DNA of 64,000 nt, from assembly GCA_963754875.1 (NCBI GenBank), contig CAVWHO010000013.1, positions 32,001 through 96,000 on the forward strand, read 5' to 3'. The notes under the pieces were generated by a model. That model was not told the DNA's origin, did not search any database, and saw nothing but the letters and a program-made list of their open reading frames with translations. Numbering within the stretch: position 1 is the stretch's first letter; every line of letters begins with the position of its first letter. Both the position numbers and the translations under genes were made by a program. Below are positions 28,472 to 39,370 of this stretch, piece by piece. This DNA comes from Nitrospirota bacterium. Its GTDB lineage: Bacteria > Nitrospirota > UBA9217.

Positions 28472-29788
28472 ATGAAAAATTGGCTGTCAATGGTAACGAC
28501 AGCCTGTTTGCTTCTCTCTCCTTTCGCGGCCTTTGCAGCAGACTACGGGTCGCAATCATCGCAAACTCAACAAGCCCCTCCTGTAGCCCAGCCGCTCGTA
28601 CGCGAAGGAGATTTCGCAATCAGGCTGGCCTCTGAACTTGATCTGGGCAACCCCACAGAAGAAACTGTTGCGGAAGACATGCTCATCACTGCGGGCGTTG
28701 TTCCCTCGAACGGCTGGCTCTCTGATTATCCCGTGACACCGGAGATCATCGGTCAGATCCAAAGCTCCATCGCCAAGGCGGTAGCGGAAGGCAAACTTCC
28801 GATGAACTCCGACGAGGCGACACGAGGACTCTACTCGCTGACGCAGCAAATGGACCTGCCAACGCCGGCAGGTCCCTGGAATGCAGCGCCGCCGGAAGGT
28901 GAACAGCCTCCCGCAGCTCAATCCAACCCCACAGTGATCAACAACTATTACAATGAGGAAGGGCCCCCGATTGTAACCTATTATCCGCCCCCCTACTATG
29001 ACGCCTACCTCTATGACTGGGTGCCTTATCCGGTCTTCTGGTTCGGGTTTTGGTTCCCCGGTTTCTACATTTGCCATAGTTTTACCACGGTGATCGTTAC
29101 GAGAGTCGGTGATTTCGACCATCGAGGCAGACGAGGCATCGTGAGCAACCGGGTCATCGACCCCGTCACGAGAAGGGCGGCCGTAGTGGATCCGGTGTCG
29201 AGAATGAGCGCGGGCAGCGTGAGGCCAAGGACTATGCTCCGTACGGGCAACGGCAATGCGTTCATGAATATTGGCGATATGAGGCGTGGGTACGCATCAT
29301 CAACCGTGGCCGGCGTAAGTCGTCGACCGGAGGCAAGCGGCGCCTCAAGAATCGAAGGGTTCAGGACGCCGGAAGCAAGGAGGAGCGCCGAGGTCATCTA
29401 CGCAAGAAGTCTGGACAAAATGAATAGGAATAGGGGACCGGTCGGCGGCATGGTTCGCGGTGATGAGAGACACATTATCTCTCCGAGCTCGTCGGCACGG
29501 TCTTTCCGTGCTCCTTCAAGAAGCGGAGAACGAGAACTGACCGCTCCCTCGCGCGGCAATGAGTGGCGGTCCGTCTCGCCGGTTCAGCGACAAGACAGGA
29601 TGTTCAGGGCGCCGTCGAGCGGCGGTGAATGGCAGCGGTCCGTTGCGCCGAGCAGACCCGCCAGATCATTCAACGCTCCCGTAATGCGCGGGGGCGGGGG
29701 CTGGTCGTCAACACGGCCGTCTTCCGGCTACAGTCGGCTCGGCAAAGGCGGAAGAGCGGGGAGTGCGTTCTGCAGAGGCAGGTGCTGA
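28472..29788 (+). CDS. Secreted hypothetical protein with a Pro/Tyr/Trp-rich middle and an Arg/Ser/Gly-rich tail
   Basis: Signal peptide (AFA), SD ggagggtg, long ORF. Confidence 0.75.
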   Translation: MKNWLSMVTTACLLLSPFAAFAADYGSQSSQTQQAPPVAQPLVREGDFAIRLASELDLGNPTEETVAEDMLITAGVVPSNGWLSDYPVTPEIIGQIQSSIAKAVAEGKLPMNSDEATRGLYSLTQQMDLPTPAGPWNAAPPEGEQPPAAQSNPTVINNYYNEEGPPIVTYYPPPYYDAYLYDWVPYPVFWFGFWFPGFYICHSFTTVIVTRVGDFDHRGRRGIVSNRVIDPVTRRAAVVDPVSRMSAGSVRPRTMLRTGNGNAFMNIGDMRRGYASSTVAGVSRRPEASGASRIEGFRTPEARRSAEVIYARSLDKMNRNRGPVGGMVRGDERHIISPSSSARSFRAPSRSGERELTAPSRGNEWRSVSPVQRQDRMFRAPSSGGEWQRSVAPSRPARSFNAPVMRGGGGWSSTRPSSGYSRLGKGGRAGSAFCRGRC

Positions 29789-30068
29789 TGCAGCCTGCCC
29801 TCGTCAGGACGATACCTCATTTTTTAAAAACAAACGCCGGAGCCGATCACTGCGCGGCGAGCAGAGAGGTTTCCTTTGAGGGTAAAAGTATAAGCGAGGC
29901 CTTTCTCAACTCTCCGCGCGTACTTATTGTTCTCACGTTTTGCACAGACCTCTTCCCCTCTTCATTCCCGAGCCTCTGACAGCTGTTCTGCTTGACTTCA
30001 CGCAGTACGTCTGATATGTTCATCATGAAAATTTAAAACAACGGTGTACGTCCCTGAGGAGACCAGCC

Positions 30069-30692
30069 ATGCTGCCCGATGATGTTTTGCCCATGCGCAA
30101 CGAGACCTTGAAAACGATCAATGACCGCCACAGTGTCAGGACATTCACCAAGGATGACGTGACCGAAGATGAGATCAATGTCCTCCTGCGCGCGGCAAAC
30201 GCGGCGCCGTCGGCGCACAACCAGCAGGCGTGGAGGTTCATCATCCTCCGGGGTGAGAAGAAGCAGCAGCTGGCGCAGCTCGTGACCGCGCAATCGGCCT
30301 CCTTTCCGAGACCGGCTGCGGCCCTTCTCCGCATGGGCGCAAAGAGCATCCTCTCGGCCCCTGTCGTGATCGCGGTGGCAAACACGGGGGACCTCATCAG
30401 GCACGGGACCGAGCTCTTCAAGGTAGAGAAGGAGACGGCCCACGATTTCTTTCGCACCATGGAGATCCAGAGCTCGGCCGCTGCCGTGGAGAATATTCTG
30501 CTCTCGGCGACTTCCCTGGGCCTGGGCACAGTTTGGCTCGGGGTTCTCTATCTCATCAAAGATGAAGTGCTCCGGTTTCTCGGAGAGCCCGAAGGCGAGT
30601 TCATGGCCGTGGTCCCGGTGGGCCGTCCTGTCAAGGCCGGCAGCGGACCGAAGAAGCAACCGGTGGAGATGAAGATAAAGTCATTGCGTTAA
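30069..30692 (+). CDS. Nitroreductase family protein
   Basis: RHSVRTF, APSAHNQQAWRF and ENILLSATSLGLGTVW. Confidence 0.9.
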   Translation: MLPDDVLPMRNETLKTINDRHSVRTFTKDDVTEDEINVLLRAANAAPSAHNQQAWRFIILRGEKKQQLAQLVTAQSASFPRPAAALLRMGAKSILSAPVVIAVANTGDLIRHGTELFKVEKETAHDFFRTMEIQSSAAAVENILLSATSLGLGTVWLGVLYLIKDEVLRFLGEPEGEFMAVVPVGRPVKAGSGPKKQPVEMKIKSLR

Positions 30693-31114
30693 CGAGGGGG
30701 GCGGCCAAAGTATTCGTTCGATCTAAGCTTCCCCGTAACACAGCTCGTTATCACCGGACTCACAATCATCCGGCAGGATCCTTTGTTCCCCATGGCCATT
30801 GGCGGAACTCTTGACATTCTGAAAGGCGCCCGGCCCTGCCCGGGGACTTCAAGCGTGCCTGCTTCCGGCTACCCGAATCCCTCTCCGGCTTTGACGTCCT
30901 CCGTGATATCAAGGCCCAACTCGGACAGCGCAGCGTGCGCCATCACATCATTCAGCTTCTGAAGAAGTTTTTCATGGTCCTACCCCCAAACCTCTCTGGT
31001 ACAATTATAACATTGCATGCTCACGGCGTCACGCCCGTCGTTCCGGGCTGGTATAATGAATACCAGAACCAAGATCGGCTACAAGCGTGACAGACTTTAT
31101 CCCGGGAGAAGACC

Positions 31115-31567
31115 ATGACAAAACGTGTGATTCTTTTCTTTGCGGCAGTTTTCGTTGTTCTTGCCCCTGCTGCATATCCTGCAGACGCGAGTAAGCAGGA
31201 ACTCAACAAGAAGATCGTGAAAGAGTTCTATGACCTTGCGATCAACAAAAAAGATTTTGAGGCAGCTTCAAAGTATCTCGGCCCGCGGTATATCCAGCAT
31301 AACCAGAGGGCAGCCGACGGCGCCGAAGGGCTGAAAAACTTTATCCGGTTCCTGCGCACAAAATTTCCCGGCGCGCACAGCGAAATCAAGCGAATTTTCG
31401 CTGACGGAGACTACGTGATCCTGCACGTACACGCGGTCAGGGAACCAGGCACCCGCGGAGCCGCCATTGTCGATATTTTCAGGCTTCAGGACGGCAAGAT
31501 CGTCGAGCATTGGGACGTTCACGAAGACATCCTGGAGAAAGCGGCCAACCCGAACGGCATGTTTTAA
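31115..31567 (+). CDS. Secreted SnoaL-like (NTF2-fold) protein
   Basis: YIQHN...DG and DIFRLQDGKIVEHWDV. Confidence 0.85.
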   Translation: MTKRVILFFAAVFVVLAPAAYPADASKQELNKKIVKEFYDLAINKKDFEAASKYLGPRYIQHNQRAADGAEGLKNFIRFLRTKFPGAHSEIKRIFADGDYVILHVHAVREPGTRGAAIVDIFRLQDGKIVEHWDVHEDILEKAANPNGMF

Positions 31568-31656
31568 CGGCTTCCATCATTCTTTCTTACGTTAAGAAAG
31601 AGGAACGGTCCACCTGCGCATGTTTGTCTAAGACCATTTACCTCAAGGAGCAGCTT

Positions 31657-32091
31657 ATGAACCCCAGGGTCTGGCTTTACACGGCGTCCATCCTGACATT
31701 GGTTCACGCACTGCTGCACACCGTGGGCGGGGTGTTCGGCGGTCCTCGTAATGCCGCACAGGCTGCGGCGCGTACAGCCGTGCAGGCCCTTCACTTTGAT
31801 GCGTTCGGATCGAAGAGGTCCTATTGGGACTTCTATTTCGGGTTCGGCCTTGTAACGAGCGTGGCCCTGTTTTTGTCGGCCGCGCTGCTGTGGCAGCTTG
31901 CCGCTCTCGTCAAGACGGACCCGGCGAAGGCGCGCCCTTTCCTTGCCATGCTGTTCATTACGTTCATCGCCTTGGCCGTCATCTCGTGGATATACTTCTT
32001 CACGCCGCCTTTCGTGTTTGAAATAGTGATTGCGGTCTGCATCGGCGCGGCATTCGTATCAGCAGGAAGAGAAGCTCCGCGTAAGACCTGA
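31657..32091 (+). CDS. Hypothetical four-TM membrane protein
   Basis: SD aaggag; hydrophobic segments. Confidence 0.7.
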   Translation: MNPRVWLYTASILTLVHALLHTVGGVFGGPRNAAQAAARTAVQALHFDAFGSKRSYWDFYFGFGLVTSVALFLSAALLWQLAALVKTDPAKARPFLAMLFITFIALAVISWIYFFTPPFVFEIVIAVCIGAAFVSAGREAPRKT

Positions 32092-32125
32092 ATCACCACA
32101 ACGAAAACTTACAGGGAGGATGAAA

Positions 32126-32518
32126 ATGGAAGCTCAGGACCGTTACGAGCGAGGCTGGAAGAAACTGAAAGAAATCGACGGCGAGGCCGGTGAGCGCGTC
32201 ATTGAGAGCCTCAAAGATATTGCGCCGGACTTCGCACAATATGTCATCGAATTTCCCTTTGGGGACATCTACTCCCGTCCCGACCTTGACCTCAAGTCCC
32301 GGGAGATCGCCGTCGTCGCAGCGCTGACCGCGCTCGGCAATGCCGCGCCCCAGTTGAAGGTGCACATCCATGGCGCACTCAACGTGGGATGCACACGGAA
32401 GGAAGTTGTCGAAGTGATCATGCAAATGGCGGTCTATGCCGGATTCCCGGCTGCCCTGAACGGTTTGTTTGCGGCAAAAGAGATTTTTGCCGAGCGCGAC
32501 CAAAAGGGAATGAGCTGA
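32126..32518 (+). CDS. Carboxymuconolactone decarboxylase family protein
   Basis: [28 protein letters not shown] and YAGFPAA. Confidence 0.9.
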   Translation: MEAQDRYERGWKKLKEIDGEAGERVIESLKDIAPDFAQYVIEFPFGDIYSRPDLDLKSREIAVVAALTALGNAAPQLKVHIHGALNVGCTRKEVVEVIMQMAVYAGFPAALNGLFAAKEIFAERDQKGMS

Positions 32519-32678
32519 TGCTCGGCATCTCGTGCTTACCATCTACCCGACAGCTGATTCAACGCTCCGGGATTCCGCAGCAACGTAATAACTGCTTTTA
32601 TTGAAACTGCAAAAAGGCCTGACTATGAAGGATCGCGGCGTGCCGGTGAAAGTGTAAGCGGGCAATCAGGAAACCTCG

Positions 32679-33251
32679 TTGAAAAAAATCAAGCATACAT
32701 TCTATAAGCGGGATGCAGCCAGGCTTGCACGCGGCGTGATCGGTGCGGTCCTCGTCCATCGGGTACGCGGCAAAGAGTATTGGGCGCGCATCGTGGAGGC
32801 GGAAGCCTACGTGGGGCCGCATGACCTGGCGTCGCACTCGTCCAAGGGCCGGACGAAGCGGACCGAAGTCATGTTCGGCCCCGCGGGCCGTGCCTACGTC
32901 TATTTGATCTACGGGATGTACGAGATGTTCAATATCGTGGCAGGCGCGGAGGGCAGCGGTCAGGCCGTCCTCATCAGGGCAGCGGAACCGCTCGGTGACT
33001 GGAAGGCCGATCTCTCCGGTCCGGGAAAGCTCACCCGCGCACTCAAAATTACACGCTCGCAGAACGGTCTGGACCTGACGAAGGACAGGTTGTTCCTCCT
33101 GCATGACCCTGATTACCGGCCACGGATCAAAAAGACCGGCCGCATCGGCGTTGACTACGCGAAGGAATGGAAAGACGCGTTGCTTCGTTTTTTCGATGCA
33201 AAAAGCAGCGCGGTGTCCGGACGACGCACTGTCCGACAATCTGACCGCTGA
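32679..33251 (+). CDS. DNA-3-methyladenine glycosylase (MPG/AAG family)
   Basis: IVEAEAY, YVYLIYG, AVLIRA, GPGKL and RIGV. Confidence 0.92.
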   Translation: MKKIKHTFYKRDAARLARGVIGAVLVHRVRGKEYWARIVEAEAYVGPHDLASHSSKGRTKRTEVMFGPAGRAYVYLIYGMYEMFNIVAGAEGSGQAVLIRAAEPLGDWKADLSGPGKLTRALKITRSQNGLDLTKDRLFLLHDPDYRPRIKKTGRIGVDYAKEWKDALLRFFDAKSSAVSGRRTVRQSDR

Positions 33252-33329
33252 TCACTTCTCTGTTTGCGTTCGGTGATTAATCCTCTTTCCGCTGAATCCC
33301 GTCTTCGTTTTCGACGAAGCTGTTCCCCA

Positions 33330-35165
33330 CTACTCCACCTTGACCATGAAATCAAAAAGTAGAGTTTTGCCCTCGTGGTTCACTTCACTGAAAATCTTGT
33401 ATACTCCCTTTACGGGGAAGACGATCGATGCATCCACCTCCGGTCCGAAGCGGTCCGGTGGACTTCCGTGCGTATCCCCGTCATGGCTGTGCAAGGCGCC
33501 GGGCACGGTCCCGTGGGTGTGGATGAACTCGGTGAGGTCATTCCGTACGACTGCAAGGTGCATGGGAGCGCCGAGATAGGGCCCGAGGTCGGTCACGGGT
33601 TTGTTGTTTTTTTTGATCAGGAACCGGAGCAGTGTTTCCGTGTTCGGCTTGATACTGTGCGGGGATGTTCTCAGGATGACACGATAGGGTCCGAAGTCTT
33701 TCTTCGTCGAAATGTCTGCCTTCGGCTCCGCCATGCGCGGCCGGCCTGATACGAGGAGGGAAACCCGCTTGCTGTAATGGCCGTCTTTTGTCGCAAAGTC
33801 CAGCCCCATCATGTATTCTCCCGCCATCGGGAAGGTGTATTGCAGCGGAAAGAGGGCCTTCTTCAGCATTTCATCGGTTATCGGGCCCATGTCCTCGGGG
33901 TGGATGTGCGCAAACACGTTCAGGTCCTTTCCGATGATAATAACGTGTACGATGCGGTCATGATGAACTACCAATCCCCGGAGCGGTCTCCGGTCCGCGT
34001 CTTCAAGATGGACCTGCATCGAAACCGGGACCTTGGCAATGATTTCTCTTGGGTCCGTTTCGAGGCGCACGAAAGTCTCCGGACCAATGCCGGTTTGATG
34101 TTCATGTCCTTCCTGTTCGTGTGTCGCATGACCGACTGCGGTTTGAACGTGTCCAACGTGCGCATTATGGCGCGCTGGAACTTCATGCCGAAGTAGTGCC
34201 ACGCAAAGCAGCAGCCCGAGCATGAGGAAGGCTTCGCTCCTTACGCTCTTCAAAAACCTCGAAGAGACCACTTCCCTCGTTGCTTCGCGGACCATGGGAG
34301 TTGCGAGCGAAACTGCGATGCGATTGACGATGCTTTTGTTTGTTGCCGCATGTCCGGTCGCCTGGTGCAATTGCGGGACGGTGACATAGCGATTGTACGC
34401 AGCAAGGACCAGAATCAGGATGAAGAGAACGATCTTTGCAGTGATCGCTTGCCCGTAAGGAGATTTGAATAAGGCGTCAAAGTTGCCGACATAAGCCCAG
34501 GCGTTATACAGCGAGGTGATGACGATGGACCCGACCGCGATGCCGGCAAGCCGGGAAAATCGGGCAGCAGCAACGGCAAGGGGCCTGGCTGCAAGGTCAC
34601 CGGCGGTTATCATGGCAGGAAGGACGATCAGGGAAAGTACAAAGAGACCGCCGGCCCAGACCAGAGAACCTGCGAGATGAAGCAGGTCCGCGAGCTCTGC
34701 GACGCTGAAATCGCCGGAATCCGCTGCATGCCCGGTGGCGCTGTGGGTAAACGCGATGACTGTCGCGACAATAAACAGGAGGGAAAGATACATCTGCGCG
34801 TCGCGATATTTCTTCCCCCACAGCACCAGGACGGCGAGGAGGGCAAGAGCGGTCATGCGAATGGTCCAGATCTTGCCGAAGTGGGTTTTCATGATGACCG
34901 CGGGGAGCAGGGGCAGGACGGTTCGCACCGGGTAAGCGCTCATCTCTGCGGCGCGTCCCACGAGGTCGGCAATACTGCATACTGCGATTACGGCAATACT
35001 GAGTTGGAGCACTGACCACATGCGCGCAACAAGTCCGGCATGATCGGCCCCCTCGTCCTGTGTCCCGGGAGCGAGTATCCAGAGACGGCAAACGAGCGTC
35101 CCGACGCAGAAGGAAAGGGAAACAAGAAAACACCACGTAGGGAGACTGTGCAGGAACAAATTCAT
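33330..35165 (-). CDS. copD: CopD-family copper resistance protein fused to a His-rich soluble domain
   Basis: TGHAA, HL...WAGGL, multiple TM segments; C-terminal FAHIHP / LGAPMH / FIHTH. Confidence 0.8.
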   Translation of the reverse strand: MNLFLHSLPTWCFLVSLSFCVGTLVCRLWILAPGTQDEGADHAGLVARMWSVLQLSIAVIAVCSIADLVGRAAEMSAYPVRTVLPLLPAVIMKTHFGKIWTIRMTALALLAVLVLWGKKYRDAQMYLSLLFIVATVIAFTHSATGHAADSGDFSVAELADLLHLAGSLVWAGGLFVLSLIVLPAMITAGDLAARPLAVAAARFSRLAGIAVGSIVITSLYNAWAYVGNFDALFKSPYGQAITAKIVLFILILVLAAYNRYVTVPQLHQATGHAATNKSIVNRIAVSLATPMVREATREVVSSRFLKSVRSEAFLMLGLLLCVALLRHEVPARHNAHVGHVQTAVGHATHEQEGHEHQTGIGPETFVRLETDPREIIAKVPVSMQVHLEDADRRPLRGLVVHHDRIVHVIIIGKDLNVFAHIHPEDMGPITDEMLKKALFPLQYTFPMAGEYMMGLDFATKDGHYSKRVSLLVSGRPRMAEPKADISTKKDFGPYRVILRTSPHSIKPNTETLLRFLIKKNNKPVTDLGPYLGAPMHLAVVRNDLTEFIHTHGTVPGALHSHDGDTHGSPPDRFGPEVDASIVFPVKGVYKIFSEVNHEGKTLLFDFMVKVE

Positions 35166-35184
35166 GAACGTTTCTTTTGTGCTT

Positions 35185-35571
35185 TCATCTGACCGTGAAC
35201 GTATAGTCCCCCGAGGTCCTGTGCCCGTCCCGCGATACGACGCTCCAGATCACGCGATACGTGCCTGCAGCCAGAGGGGACAAGCCCACTTCCAGCAAGG
35301 TGTCATCGGCCGGGCTGACACGCCCATCACCGCTGTCAATTTTGTTGCCCTTCGCGTCCTGGACGGAAATACTCGAAAAGAGCGGTTCCAGATCGCTGTC
35401 GAACCAGATCCGCACACGGACAGGCGCACTTGAGACCGTTGCGCCGACTTTCGGGTCGGCATGGTCTGGGTACGCGTGGCCGAGCGACACGCGAGGCACC
35501 CCGCAGAGGAACACCAGAAAAAGGACCGCTGCGGCCTTCCCGAGGCCGGGATATCGCGCGGCCGTTTCCAT
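35185..35571 (-). CDS. copC: CopC copper resistance protein
   Basis: Signal peptide followed by HAYPDHADP; GTYRVIWSVVSRDGH. Confidence 0.9.
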   Translation of the reverse strand: METAARYPGLGKAAAVLFLVFLCGVPRVSLGHAYPDHADPKVGATVSSAPVRVRIWFDSDLEPLFSSISVQDAKGNKIDSGDGRVSPADDTLLEVGLSPLAAGTYRVIWSVVSRDGHRTSGDYTFTVR

Positions 35572-35763
35572 GGAATGATGGGCCTCCTCAGAGTAATTAT
35601 GCCGGTGCGCAGCCGAGTATCGGTACGGCATTACAACGAATATATCATATATTCTCATGAAGCGCATTACTCTTCGCTAAAATTCTGTTCAAACTTTTTC
35701 CGCTGATATTGGGCGTGAGGAGAAGGCTGGAAAGCCCGGGCGCGGGTAAGATGATTGGCCGGA

Positions 35764-36411
35764 TTAATTCTGCAATTCTCTTTGCCGCTGCAGGGCCTCC
35801 TGGTACCTGGCTTCGTCTCCTCCTGCTTTATAGGCTTCGGCAAGATGCCCCTGCGCTTCCGCAAGCAGGTCCCTCCTGTCTTTCGGGAGCGTGGCCAGGG
35901 ATTCGTTCAACGCCGATATCGCTTCTCCTGTGTTACCGAGTTTCAGCAGGAGGACGCCGAGCGTGTCGAGATAGTACGGCCGGTGATCGGGGGTGAGTGT
36001 CATGGCACGGGCGATCAGTCCCCGTGCTTTCTCAAGTTTTGTCCCCGTCTGCAGATATACCCACGCCAGGTTGTTGCAGGCATCGCCGTTCTTCGGATCG
36101 AGCTTCACGGCTTTTGCAAACGCCGCTTCAGCGCCGGCGTAATCTTTTGTCCGGTAGGACAGGTCCCCCAGCAGAAGGAGGGAGGGAACGTGCTTTTTGT
36201 CCTGTTTGAGCGCTTCCCGATACTCTTCAAGGGCAAGATCGGGTTTCCCCTGTGATTCGTAAATGCGGCCGAGATTATCGTGTTCCACGGCAGAGAGCGG
36301 GTCATGAAGTACGATGATCCGCGGGAGGGAACATCCGGACAGAAAAAAGACCGCCGCAGTGATGAGCGCCCACGGACCGGCAGCGATATACAGTTGTTGA
36401 AGACGTTTCAT
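35764..36411 (-). CDS. TPR-repeat lipoprotein
   Basis: Lipobox LSGC; TPR motifs (NNLAWVY, YLDTLG). ATGA overlap with the upstream peptidase. Confidence 0.85.
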   Translation of the reverse strand: MKRLQQLYIAAGPWALITAAVFFLSGCSLPRIIVLHDPLSAVEHDNLGRIYESQGKPDLALEEYREALKQDKKHVPSLLLLGDLSYRTKDYAGAEAAFAKAVKLDPKNGDACNNLAWVYLQTGTKLEKARGLIARAMTLTPDHRPYYLDTLGVLLLKLGNTGEAISALNESLATLPKDRRDLLAEAQGHLAEAYKAGGDEARYQEALQRQRELQN

Positions 36412-37049
36412 TGCCTGCCTTGGTCCAGCGGTGTTCCTGGTCTGGCAACCAGCATCCAGTTTCCCGCACGGTCCCACTCCTTCAGAAATTTGTCATACTC
36501 AATCACCCTGTTAGCCTGTTGGCCGTCATGAGCGATGATGACCGCATCGACATCATCAAAACCGACCACGGTAACATAGTGGGGACGTCGGTAGACGCTG
36601 AAACCCAGATCGATAAGACAGATGACCGGTACGTTTTTACGCACCTGTTCTTTCAGCTTGTCGAGGTTGCCGGAAGAGGACGACGTCTGGAACCCTTCTT
36701 CACGAAAAAAATTTTCCATATCCATGGGAAGCGTGCCGCGGAGTTGCGGAAGGTAGACTTTGGCGATAATGTGTTCCAGACTGACGTTTCTGCCCCAGTA
36801 GGAAGCAACAGAGGCAAGCGCGGCCGGCCCGCAGGAACTCTCCTCCTGCTTAAAAAAAGGGACGCCGGAGATATAATGTCCGCCTTTCTCCAGGCCGGGC
36901 TGGAGAAAGGCAAACTTTTTTTCCGCGCATCCCGCGGCGACCATCATCAGCAAGACGGCAAATACGAGAAGAAAGAGACGGTTCCTCTCCTCCCTCCTCC
37001 TGGTGGAGCTTTTGACGATCTGAACCAATGATGCAAACGCTCCGGTCAT
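36408..37049 (-). CDS. C39-like cysteine peptidase (PA2778-like), probable lipoprotein
   Basis: VPFFKQ...CGPAALA, HYVTVVG and AHDG. Confidence 0.85.
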   Translation of the reverse strand: MTGAFASLVQIVKSSTRRREERNRLFLLVFAVLLMMVAAGCAEKKFAFLQPGLEKGGHYISGVPFFKQEESSCGPAALASVASYWGRNVSLEHIIAKVYLPQLRGTLPMDMENFFREEGFQTSSSSGNLDKLKEQVRKNVPVICLIDLGFSVYRRPHYVTVVGFDDVDAVIIAHDGQQANRVIEYDKFLKEWDRAGNWMLVARPGTPLDQGRQ

Positions 37050-37475
37050 TTACTTGCGGATCTCTATGCGGTCCTGCAGCAGGAACACGAGGACCACGAC
37101 GAGCAAGGCGACGATCACCAGACCGAAGAACAGATCTGCCCCGTCGCTGCCGGCTTGAAGCGAGTCCGTATGGGTCGCGAGCACATGGAGCTGTTCATCG
37201 GAAAGCTTGTTCACGCGCGCCAGCGCCTCAGCAGGCGAGAGCCCGTAATCCTGGAGTTTCTGCCGGACGATCTTCGATTCGAAAGCCGCCTGGATCCTGG
37301 CAAGGTCCGCTGACCGGCCGAGAGAACCTCCCGTCGGGTCGGCTGTTGCCTGAGCGGGAGCGGCAGAAACGAACATGGCCTCCGCAGGTCCTGCAAACGT
37401 CGTGATCGTGATCAGTGCGATGATTAAATATAAAGCGAGCGGCTTGGCGTAGCACGCTTTTACCATGGTTTTCAT
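37050..37475 (-). CDS. PA2779 family protein
   Basis: Signal peptide, LQDYGLSPAEALARVNKLSDEQL, AG followed by a C-terminal TM. Confidence 0.8.
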   Translation of the reverse strand: MKTMVKACYAKPLALYLIIALITITTFAGPAEAMFVSAAPAQATADPTGGSLGRSADLARIQAAFESKIVRQKLQDYGLSPAEALARVNKLSDEQLHVLATHTDSLQAGSDGADLFFGLVIVALLVVVLVFLLQDRIEIRK

Positions 37476-37513
37476 GTTGACATCACCTCCGGTATTTAAA
37501 TCAGCCGTCACGT

Positions 37514-37903
37514 TTATTTGACTATCACCCGGTGACCCGTGGCCTCGAGAACGACGACCGTGACGATCGCTGCGACGAGGAGAAAGATCAGAAGCCCGAG
37601 GCCGTCATCTGCCCCTGCCTGGAGCGAATCGAGTTGCGAAGCGAACTGATGGATCTGTTCATCGGAAAGCGTATTGATCCTCGCCATGGCCTCTTGCGGG
37701 GAAAGTCCGAAGTCCATGAGGCGCTGCTTGATCATCGTCGATTCGAGGGATTTTTGAATTGACGTCATTTCGGCTTGCCGCGCTGTAGAGCTTTGACCGG
37801 CAGGGATGAACATTGCCCATCCCTGGGCCGGTAAAGAAATGAGTATCATCGCGAAAACCAGGTAGAGAGACAACAGTTTCAGAAACGAATTGTGGAATAT
37901 CAT
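37514..37903 (-). CDS. PA2779 family protein (paralog)
   Basis: LMDFGLSPQEAMARINTLSDEQI, AG followed by a C-terminal TM. Confidence 0.8.
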   Translation of the reverse strand: MIFHNSFLKLLSLYLVFAMILISLPAQGWAMFIPAGQSSTARQAEMTSIQKSLESTMIKQRLMDFGLSPQEAMARINTLSDEQIHQFASQLDSLQAGADDGLGLLIFLLVAAIVTVVVLEATGHRVIVK

Positions 37904-38314
37904 GGTCTGCTCCTTTTCTGATGCTGCCTGTTTTTATCATTTAACGGATTCAACAGACTACTAAAAAAGAAGACTTAAGTCCCACTCTTTTAGAAACCTT
38001 GCTTTTCATTATCCGTTTGCACTTATATTTTAGCACATTGCAACAGCTCAATTCCGATGGCGTGATTTGTATACATCCTGAGTATCGCTGTTCGTGCTGC
38101 AAGAAGGTAAAAAAACAGGGGTTGTCCTGGCGGTGCCGATTCATGTTTTTTAATACGAATGTACTCGCGTCCATGCCGGTTTGTTTTTATTCAGCCGGTA
38201 ATCAGCAGCACAACCCACGCTCGGCCAAATTGTTTGGTATCATTTTCTTAAGGGCAGTTATCATGAAGGCATCAGAGTTACAGCAATTGTCAGTTTGATA
38301 GAAAGGAGAACAGT

Positions 38315-39370
38315 ATGCGTTATCGCTTATTAGGAAAAACCGGTGTCTATGTCTCCGAACTGACCATGGGGACCATGACATTCGGCGGGAAGGGTTTCTG
38401 GGAAGTCATCGGCAAATTGGGCGCGTCGCAGGCAGAATCGTTTATCGGCACCGCACTCGATGCCGGAGTGAATATGATCGATACGGCGGATGTTTATTCC
38501 GAAGGAGAGTCGGAAAAACATGTTGGCGCGGCGCTCGCTTCGCTGGGGAGGCCCCGTGACCAGATCATCGTCGCGACCAAGGTCCGGGGAAGGACGGGTC
38601 CGGGGCCGAATGAAATGGGCCTGTCGCGTAAACACATCCTGGATTCCGTTGACGTCAGTCTGAAGCGCCTCAAACTGGACTATATCGACCTCTACCAGAT
38701 CCACGGCGCAGATCTCATCACGCCCATCGAAGAGACCATGCGGGCGCTCGACGACCTTGTGCGCAGCGGCAAAGTACGCTATATCGGTTACTGTAATTTA
38801 CCGGCGTGGCAGGCGATGAAGGCGATCGCGTATTCCGACGCACACAACTTGGCACGTTTCGTGAGCGCCCAGATGTACTACACGATCGCGGGCCGCGACA
38901 TCGAGCGGGAGGTGGTGCCTCTGGCAAAGGACCAGGGTCTTGCCATTCTCCCCTGGAGCCCGCTTGCCGGCGGGTTGCTTTCGGGCAAGTTCGACCTGGA
39001 GAGTCCCGGTCCTGAGGGCGCGCGGCGCACATCATTCGACTTCCCGCCGGTTGAACGCGACCGCGCGAAGAACGTGCTCAGGGCCATGCATTCCGTCAAA
39101 CTGGCTACAGGCATTCCCATTTCCCGGATCGCCCTGGCCTGGCTTCTGGGCCGCCCCTTCGTCACAAGCGTTATCATCGGGGCGAAGACGCGAGAACAGC
39201 TTATCGACAATCTTGCTGCTGTCGATGTGAAGCTCACGCCTGAGCAGGTCTCCCAGCTGGATGCGGCGAGCGCCCTGCCGTCGGAGTATCCGGGCTGGAT
39301 GATCGAACGGCAGGACCGGGACCGCCGTCCGGAACCGGCAATGAAGGCCGAAGCCAGAAAAGCAGCGTAG
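38315..39370 (+). CDS. Aldo/keto reductase
   Basis: DTADVYS, DYIDLYQIH and WSPLAGGLL. Confidence 0.93.
   Translation: MRYRLLGKTGVYVSELTMGTMTFGGKGFWEVIGKLGASQAESFIGTALDAGVNMIDTADVYSEGESEKHVGAALASLGRPRDQIIVATKVRGRTGPGPNEMGLSRKHILDSVDVSLKRLKLDYIDLYQIHGADLITPIEETMRALDDLVRSGKVRYIGYCNLPAWQAMKAIAYSDAHNLARFVSAQMYYTIAGRDIEREVVPLAKDQGLAILPWSPLAGGLLSGKFDLESPGPEGARRTSFDFPPVERDRAKNVLRAMHSVKLATGIPISRIALAWLLGRPFVTSVIIGAKTREQLIDNLAAVDVKLTPEQVSQLDAASALPSEYPGWMIERQDRDRRPEPAMKAEARKAA

Noticed and set aside
30724..30976. Possible small minus-strand gene remnant (MKKLLQKLNDVMAHAALSE...ILPDDCESGDNELCYGEA)
   Set aside because: It needs at least two frame corrections and I cannot assign a family.
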